From Methanothrix sp. (GTDB lineage Archaea; Halobacteriota; Methanosarcinia; Methanotrichales; Methanotrichaceae), in NCBI GenBank assembly GCA_040770465.1, contig JAXGJB010000036.1:1-30820 (forward strand): a stretch of DNA of 30,820 nucleotides. Reading direction: 5' to 3'. Positions 25,250 through 30,820 of this stretch are shown in pieces. How positions within the stretch are numbered: position 1 is the first letter of the stretch; the number at the start of each line of letters is the position of its first letter. The notes under the pieces are model-generated. The model was not told the DNA's origin, ran no database searches, and saw nothing but the letters and a program-made list of their open reading frames with translations. The position numbers were made by a program, and so were the translations under genes.

Positions 25250-26167
25250 TCACATCGTCAGGGTGTAGGCGTAGCCGCTCCTGAAGAACCTGTAGTACGT
25301 CCTCATGAAGCCCGGGCTTGATACCTCGATGTTGTGGTACTGATTTCCGGTGACGTAGAAGCTCACGACCCCGTCGAGGCTGCCGTCGGAGACGTCGTTG
25401 TAGCTTTGGGCTCCGTCTACGCTGACGCTGTACCCTGAAAGCCAGTTCGACCTGACCGTCACCCTGGCGTAGGAGGGGGATGGTCCCGGACCTGGCGACC
25501 ATCCGCCGCTGGAAACGTCGATGATCACTGCATTGGACGGCTGGTTGTTGGTGATGAAGAGGAGGACGTGACGGCCGATGGCGTCAGCATGGAAGTTTAT
25601 TTGGTTGTATCCGGGCCAAAAGCCGTACGTATCTCTGGCCACACTGCCGCTGGGGTATATCTCGTAGAAATCCGCCGATCCGCCGGCAGAGGTGTAGGTG
25701 AGAAGCTGGAGATAGCCGCCCAATGGACAGGTGGCGTACTGGGTCCAGCTCCATGACCCCATTATCCAGAGGGAGTTGACGCCGCCGAAGGCTGTGGTGT
25801 AGGTGGAGTATGAGGTCGACTGCCCCCCGAAGTAGACGGTGGTTGGCTCATGCCCAGTGATCATGTACTGCTGGACACCGCTCCCGCCGGAGGTCGGAGC
25901 GGTGGTGCTGTAGTAGGTCTCCGCAAGCCTGGAGGTCCCACCGGTTCCCGTCGTCCCAAAGGAATCAGTGCCTCCGGTCGATCTATATACCATCGCAGAA
26001 GACCCGTCCCCAGCGTAGTTGTAGGCTTCTCCCTGACCCAACCCATCTTCGTTATAATCGGTCATCAGCACTTCGTTCCACTCATCTGCTGCGATGGCCG
26101 CCCCGACTGAGAAGATTATCAGTAGCGAAATTAATGCCGCTTTCAAGCTCAAGAGGAATACCCCCAA
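25250..26167 (-). CDS. Secreted Tyr/Gly/Ser/Thr-rich protein with C-terminal PEGA-like beta domain
   Basis: Signal peptide (..GAAIAA), low-complexity G/S/T region, beta-rich core, SPGPGPSPS linker and small terminal domain. GAGGAG RBS before TTG; host-like codon usage. Confidence 0.75.
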   Translation of the reverse strand: MGVFLLSLKAALISLLIIFSVGAAIAADEWNEVLMTDYNEDGLGQGEAYNYAGDGSSAMVYRSTGGTDSFGTTGTGGTSRLAETYYSTTAPTSGGSGVQQYMITGHEPTTVYFGGQSTSYSTYTTAFGGVNSLWIMGSWSWTQYATCPLGGYLQLLTYTSAGGSADFYEIYPSGSVARDTYGFWPGYNQINFHADAIGRHVLLFITNNQPSNAVIIDVSSGGWSPGPGPSPSYARVTVRSNWLSGYSVSVDGAQSYNDVSDGSLDGVVSFYVTGNQYHNIEVSSPGFMRTYYRFFRSGYAYTLTM

Positions 26168-26326
26168 TCTCCTCTATGGCCCTGATAGTACAAAAAGTTT
26201 TGGAGACTTTGGCCAAGGGGAACAGCTCGTCGACTGAGTGAATCAGCTTTGGAGACGAATGATCTCTGTGCCGCTGAATCTTAAGTCGCCGGCTATTCCA
26301 ATCTTGAACGGGAATTCTCCTCGGTC

Positions 26327-28027
26327 TTACATCGACTCGAGGGCCGGGATCCCCAGGGTCTCCAGAGTCGCCCGGAGGCAGTTCCGGGCCGCCTTGACGA
26401 GGCCGAGCCTCGCCTCCTTGAGCCCCGGCTCCGCGTCCAGGACGGGGCTTGACCGATAGAACTGGTTGAAGATCTCGGCCAGCTCCCGGGCGTATGTGGC
26501 GAGCAGGTGAGGCTTCAGGTCCCGGGCTGCCATCTCGATGGCGAGATCGAACTGGGATATCTTCTTGATGAGATCGACCTCCTCGGGGCTGGTGAGAAGT
26601 CCGGGGTCAAATTCGCCGGGGCTGCCCGCCTTATCGAGGATGCTGCAGGCTCTCGCGTGAGAGTACTGGATGAAGGGGGCTGAGAGCTTCTCGAAGTCCA
26701 GGGCCGCCTTCCAGTCGAAGACGGTGGCCTTGTCCGGCGAGACCTTGACGACGTCGTACCTGACGGCTCCGAGGGCGACGTCTTTTGCAACAGCCCTCCG
26801 GAACTCCTCGGACTCCTCAGGCCTTCGAGCTGTCACCTCTTTATAAGCCTGGGCCTCCACCTCGTCGAGAAGCTCGTCTGTGGAGATGAACTTCCCCTTC
26901 CTGGTGCTCATGGACCCGGTGGGGAGGGATACGAACTCGAAGATCACGATCTCGGGCTCCCGAACCCTCATGAGGCGGAGGGCGGCCTTCAGCTGGCTTG
27001 AAATGAGCTTGTGGTCGGCCCCCAGGACGTCGATCATCCGGTCGGATTGTTCGGCCTTCCACTTATGGTACGCCAGGTCTCTTGTGGTGTAAAGGGAGGT
27101 CCCATCAGACCTCTTGAGGACGAGCTTCTTCTCAAATCCGTGGTCTGTGAGGTCGAGCTGGAGGGCCCCCTCATCCCATTCGGTCAGCCCCGTCGACTCC
27201 AGGGCCTTTACGACCCGCGCCGTCGATCCGTCCCGGACGAACTCGCCCTCCCAATGGTACGAGTCGTGGGAGATGTTCAGCCTCCTCAGGGTCTCCTCGA
27301 TCCCGGAGAGGGCGTAATCCACCGCCGACTTGAACTTCGCCGCCGTCTCCGGGTCGCCGGACTCGTAAAGCTGCATCAGCCGGTCGACTCCCGCCTTCAG
27401 ATCCGGCTCGGCGGCGAGGTCTTTATTCGCCTGGATGTAGACTTTGGCGATGGCGTGGTCGGCCTTCGAGTTGTCGAGGGGGTAGCGGCCGCAGCCCCAG
27501 ACGACGATGGCGATCTGCCGGCCCATGTCGTTTACGTAGTACTGGGCCTCCACCTCACAGCCCGCCCGGCGGAGGATCCGCACCAGGCTGTCGCCGATGA
27601 CCGAGTTTCTTATGTGGCCTACGTGGAGGGGACCGTTGGGGTTTGCGGAGGTGTGTTCGACGATCACCCTATCGGTCATGGACCCCGTCCAGCATCTGTC
27701 GCCTTCGGCCTCTCGGACGACCGAGTCGAGAAACCTGCGGTTTATTCTGAAGTTGAGGTAGGGGCCCATCGCCTCGATCCGGTCGACGGTCCCCATCTCG
27801 TCGGCGACCATCGCCTCTTTTATCTCCTGGGATATCTTGGCGGGATTTCTCTTGAGGACGGGGGCGAGCCTGAAGGATATGGTGGAGGCGAGGTCGGCGT
27901 GGGGGCTTGTCTCCAGCAGAAGCTCGTTTCCATCGACCTTGCCGTCGTTCTCGGGCAGCACGAACCCGCATCGATCCAAGGCGTCGCGCAAGAGCGACTC
28001 GACATCTCTCCAGAAGTCCAGAAACAT
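26327..28027 (-). CDS. argS: Arginine--tRNA ligase
   Basis: EHTSANPNGPLHVGHIRN (HIGH), YYVNDMGRQ, RSDGTSLYTTRDLAYH, MSTRKG, QYSHARACSI, C-terminal DALR domain. Confidence 0.97.
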   Translation of the reverse strand: MFLDFWRDVESLLRDALDRCGFVLPENDGKVDGNELLLETSPHADLASTISFRLAPVLKRNPAKISQEIKEAMVADEMGTVDRIEAMGPYLNFRINRRFLDSVVREAEGDRCWTGSMTDRVIVEHTSANPNGPLHVGHIRNSVIGDSLVRILRRAGCEVEAQYYVNDMGRQIAIVVWGCGRYPLDNSKADHAIAKVYIQANKDLAAEPDLKAGVDRLMQLYESGDPETAAKFKSAVDYALSGIEETLRRLNISHDSYHWEGEFVRDGSTARVVKALESTGLTEWDEGALQLDLTDHGFEKKLVLKRSDGTSLYTTRDLAYHKWKAEQSDRMIDVLGADHKLISSQLKAALRLMRVREPEIVIFEFVSLPTGSMSTRKGKFISTDELLDEVEAQAYKEVTARRPEESEEFRRAVAKDVALGAVRYDVVKVSPDKATVFDWKAALDFEKLSAPFIQYSHARACSILDKAGSPGEFDPGLLTSPEEVDLIKKISQFDLAIEMAARDLKPHLLATYARELAEIFNQFYRSSPVLDAEPGLKEARLGLVKAARNCLRATLETLGIPALESM

Positions 28028-28185
28028 GGGAACATCACCGTACGACTCAGGGCAGGGAAGTTCGATATACCGATATAAGCGTTGCGACGCCTGATAGGGG
28101 GAAGCCCCCCTGTCGATGGAGCAGATGGAAAAGCATAATATAATAAGTCGGTGTATAAGTCTTAGAGAAAGATGGGGTATCGATT

Positions 28186-29439
28186 ATGAAGAAGATTTTG
28201 GCTTTTCTCGTGATGGTCTCGGCCCTCACCGCGGCCACAGCCGCAGCCGCCGATGACGGGTCGGGCGAGATCGAGGCGATCACCATCCTCAGCCTTCCCG
28301 TAGACTCGGTGACCATATATCCCGACGGCCTCGCCACGGTGAAGAGGACCGGGGAGATGGAGGTGACGGAGGGGGTCCACTCGTTCGTCATCGACCTGCC
28401 GGCGTCGGTGAGGATGGAGTCCGTCAGGTTTTCCGTCACCAACTCCACTGTAGAGAAGGTGGTCTACGACGACAACCTCGAGTACACCCTCAACGTCTCG
28501 TCCACCGGGGTCCAGAAGTTTGAGCTAGTCTACCTGATGCCAAGAGCCGGCCAATGGGTGCCCACCTACTCGGTCCACCTCGAGGAGGACTCGGTGGTCG
28601 TATCGGCCCAGGCCGTTGTATCGAGCAACTTCGGCGAGGACCTGGAGGGCGTCACCCTGAAGCTCGTCGCAGGTCCGCCTCAGGCGGAGCCTCTGGCGCT
28701 CCTGAGATCGGCGGGCCTCGCCGATTATGCCGTAGCTGAGGTCGCGATGGAAGAGGCAGCAGCGCCAGCGGCTTACGCCCCCAAGGCAGCCCCGGCGCCT
28801 GCCACCGGGGAGCTTGAGACCCTCTACATCTACGAGCTGGCAGGAAGAAAGGACCTTGAGATGAACAAAGAGGTGGGCTTCCCCCTCTTCGAGGAGACCG
28901 CCCCCATAACGAGGAGCTACGTCTGGAACGCTTACTACAACAGCGATGGGCCGGTGACAGAGGTCGTCAAGGCGAACAACACCATGAAAGACCCCTGGCC
29001 CGCTGGCTCTGCCCTCCTCTACAAGAACGGCGAGTACGTCTCGGATGTGGAGATCCCTTACACCCCCGTCGGGACCGAGGCAGAGATCGAGGTGGGGTCT
29101 TCAGCAGACCTCAAGGTCGAGCGGAAGCTTGCAAACTACACTCCTTTGGAGGAGATCGTCACGGTTCCCGGAGCCGGAAACACCACCACGGCGATGAAGG
29201 TGACGACGGAGACCTGGACCTACCAGCTCAGCCTCAAGAGCAACGTCGATAGAAACGCCACCGCCGAGGTCTCGGACACAAAGCCCATGAACGCCGAGCT
29301 GATCTCGGCGGAGCCGGAGCCCTCTGAGATGACGGCGACGGGGCTCGAGTGGGTCCTGGAGGTTCCGCCCCGCGAAGAGGTGACGATAGAGTACAGCTAC
29401 AGGGTCGTGACAAAAGAGGTGATGGCGGGCGAAAAATAA
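28186..29439 (+). CDS. Secreted DUF4140/DUF4139-domain protein
   Basis: Signal peptide; VDSVTIYPDGLATVKR (DUF4140-like); WVPTY; acidic Ala-rich AMEEAAAPAA segment; PWPAGSALLY; LEWVLEVPP..EVTIEYSYRV. Confidence 0.82.
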   Translation: MKKILAFLVMVSALTAATAAAADDGSGEIEAITILSLPVDSVTIYPDGLATVKRTGEMEVTEGVHSFVIDLPASVRMESVRFSVTNSTVEKVVYDDNLEYTLNVSSTGVQKFELVYLMPRAGQWVPTYSVHLEEDSVVVSAQAVVSSNFGEDLEGVTLKLVAGPPQAEPLALLRSAGLADYAVAEVAMEEAAAPAAYAPKAAPAPATGELETLYIYELAGRKDLEMNKEVGFPLFEETAPITRSYVWNAYYNSDGPVTEVVKANNTMKDPWPAGSALLYKNGEYVSDVEIPYTPVGTEAEIEVGSSADLKVERKLANYTPLEEIVTVPGAGNTTTAMKVTTETWTYQLSLKSNVDRNATAEVSDTKPMNAELISAEPEPSEMTATGLEWVLEVPPREEVTIEYSYRVVTKEVMAGEK

Positions 29440-29484
29440 ACCCGCCAACGCCACCGATTTTTTTAAGCCCAGTCTCTTCCGGAA

Positions 29485-29919
29485 TCACTCGATCGGGACC
29501 GAGTGGGGCTTCACCACGATCAGCTTCGGCAGGCGGACGACGAGAACGCCGTTCTCGTACTTGGCCTTCACCTGCTCGGGCTTCACCTCGGCTGCGAGCT
29601 TCACCCGCCGGCTCGTCTCCAGTTCCGGCCTCTCCCGCAGGGTGTAGGTTCCAGCCGGCCGCTCAAACCTCGCCTTGACGGTCACGGCGTCCTCGGTCAC
29701 CCCGAGATCGATCAGCTCCTTTTTCGTTCCCGGAAGGTCGACGTAGACGATCAGCTCTTCAGGTGAGTCGATGACGTCCACGGCGGGAACGTCCCCGGCC
29801 TCCGGCAGGTCGAGGGCGACGTCCCCCAGCATCTTCTTGAAGACCTCTCTCGCCTGAACCGACCTCTTCATCGACTCCATCACGGCTCTGCCCACCATCC
29901 TTTCCGCATCCTCTCTCAT
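29485..29919 (-). CDS. Hsp20/alpha-crystallin small heat-shock protein
   Basis: PAVDVID..EELIVYVDLPG, VKAKYENGVLVVRLPK. ATG 29919 follows GAGGTG; track start is 29943. Confidence 0.93.
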   Translation of the reverse strand: MREDAERMVGRAVMESMKRSVQAREVFKKMLGDVALDLPEAGDVPAVDVIDSPEELIVYVDLPGTKKELIDLGVTEDAVTVKARFERPAGTYTLRERPELETSRRVKLAAEVKPEQVKAKYENGVLVVRLPKLIVVKPHSVPIE

Positions 29920-29988
29920 ACAAAACACCTCGAAATTTCGCAAATTTTGTCTAGCGAATTAACTATTCAGATGTCATCCTCGCCAATT

Positions 29989-30820
29989 TCACTCTTCGGA
30001 CGCCATCCCCACCATCTTCTTCCTGCCGGGTCCGGGCAGGTTCTTCCCGAACCCCGGCTTTGCGAATAGCTCCCCGTCCGCAAAGACCACCTCGCCCCGG
30101 ATCATGGTGATCTTTGGGAACAATGCCCGCCTACCCTCGTAGGGGGTCCACTCGGCCCCGCTGTGGAGCCGGTCGGCCCTGATGTCGGAGGCAGCCCTCG
30201 GATCGATGATGGCGAGGTCCGCGTCCTTTCCGACGGCGATGGCGCCCTTGTCCGAGAGCCCCAGGATCTCGGCGGGCCTACGGGAGAGGGCGGTCACCAT
30301 CCGTTCGAGGGTGATGAGGTTGGACCGAACGGCTATGAGGAGGAGGGGGAGCATCGTCTCGACTCCGGGGACCCCCGGCGGCGCGTCCCAGATCTCGTCC
30401 TTCTTCTCCTCGGGGAGGTGGGGGGCGTGGTCGGAGGCGACGACGTCAATGTCCCCTCTCCGGAGGCCATCCCAGAGGGCGTCCTTGTCCCGATAGTCCC
30501 GGAGGGGCGGGTTCATCTTCAAGAAGGTCCCCTGCTTTCTCCAATCTTTCTTGGTGAAGAGGAGGTGATGAGGCGTCACCTCGCAGCTGACCCGCTTTCC
30601 TCCCCTCTTCGCAGCTCTGACCAGCTCCATCCCTTCTGTGGTGCTGAGGTGGCAGAAGTGGACCCGATCGGTCATGGCCAGGACCTTCTCGATCGCTGCC
30701 GCCTCAGCTCGGTTCGGCCTGGCCATTGAGTAGAGTTCAGGCTCCCGCCGATCTCTCAGGGGCTCTGTATTCTCCCGGATCACCTCCCGATCCTCGGCGT
30801 GGATCGTGGGGAGGAGCCCA
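29989..30820 (-). CDS. pyrC: Dihydroorotase (C-terminal part; 5' end outside window)
   Basis: Frame is open to the window edge (GLLPTIHAED...). Motifs VHFCHLST, CEVTPHHL, KMNPPLR, ASDHAPH, PGVETML, WTPYEG. Confidence 0.9.
   Translation of the reverse strand, partial: GLLPTIHAEDREVIRENTEPLRDRREPELYSMARPNRAEAAAIEKVLAMTDRVHFCHLSTTEGMELVRAAKRGGKRVSCEVTPHHLLFTKKDWRKQGTFLKMNPPLRDYRDKDALWDGLRRGDIDVVASDHAPHLPEEKKDEIWDAPPGVPGVETMLPLLLIAVRSNLITLERMVTALSRRPAEILGLSDKGAIAVGKDADLAIIDPRAASDIRADRLHSGAEWTPYEGRRALFPKITMIRGEVVFADGELFAKPGFGKNLPGPGRKKMVGMASEE

Noticed and set aside
25030-26289. GCGACTTAA / TTAAGTCGC inverted 9-mers bracketing the secreted-protein gene, and a TIR-like CAGTCATTACAG near 25095-25106
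   Set aside because: Matches are too short, do not extend, and have no target duplication or partner end.
27011-28078. 355-aa + strand ORF opposite argS
   Set aside because: Antisense shadow of a clear housekeeping gene.
1-30820. CRISPR array, cas genes, rRNA, retron/RT or phage genes
   Set aside because: No regularly spaced repeat-spacer array or diagnostic motifs found; the long direct repeats seen occur in only two copies.

Overview
GC-rich archaeal chromosomal segment. Archaeal BRE/TATA promoters, GGTGA ribosome-binding sites, a tRNA without encoded CCA and the gene content suggest a methanogen of the Methanotrichaceae type (inference, not verified). Left to right: 5' end of a cdc48/VAT AAA ATPase gene, whose promoter carries an HSR1-like heat-shock operator and a 141-bp MITE (17-bp TIRs, 9-bp target duplication); tRNA-Thr(GGT); a PH-domain membrane protein; and a ~12-kb alpha-glucan (glycogen) locus. 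That locus has a KaiC-like ATPase, a GT3 eukaryote-type glycogen synthase, a GT4, a GalT-family nucleotidyltransferase and a second GT4 on the - strand, an intervening Eis-like GNAT, and a divergent GH57 plus GH133 debranching pair. Next come a Met-rich lipoprotein, a DUF5654 protein and a complete trpDFEGCBA operon with candidate TRP boxes and a TrpE naturally reading NPSPYT. The window ends with an AT-rich islet (tnpA-only IS200/IS605 element plus two orphan membrane proteins), an aromatic-rich secreted protein, argS, a DUF4139 protein, hsp20 and the 3' part of pyrC. The best candidate for an undescribed system is the KaiC-headed GT3 glycogen operon, whose synthase lacks the arginine-rich regulatory helix. 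All family assignments come from motif recognition by eye; no searches were run.
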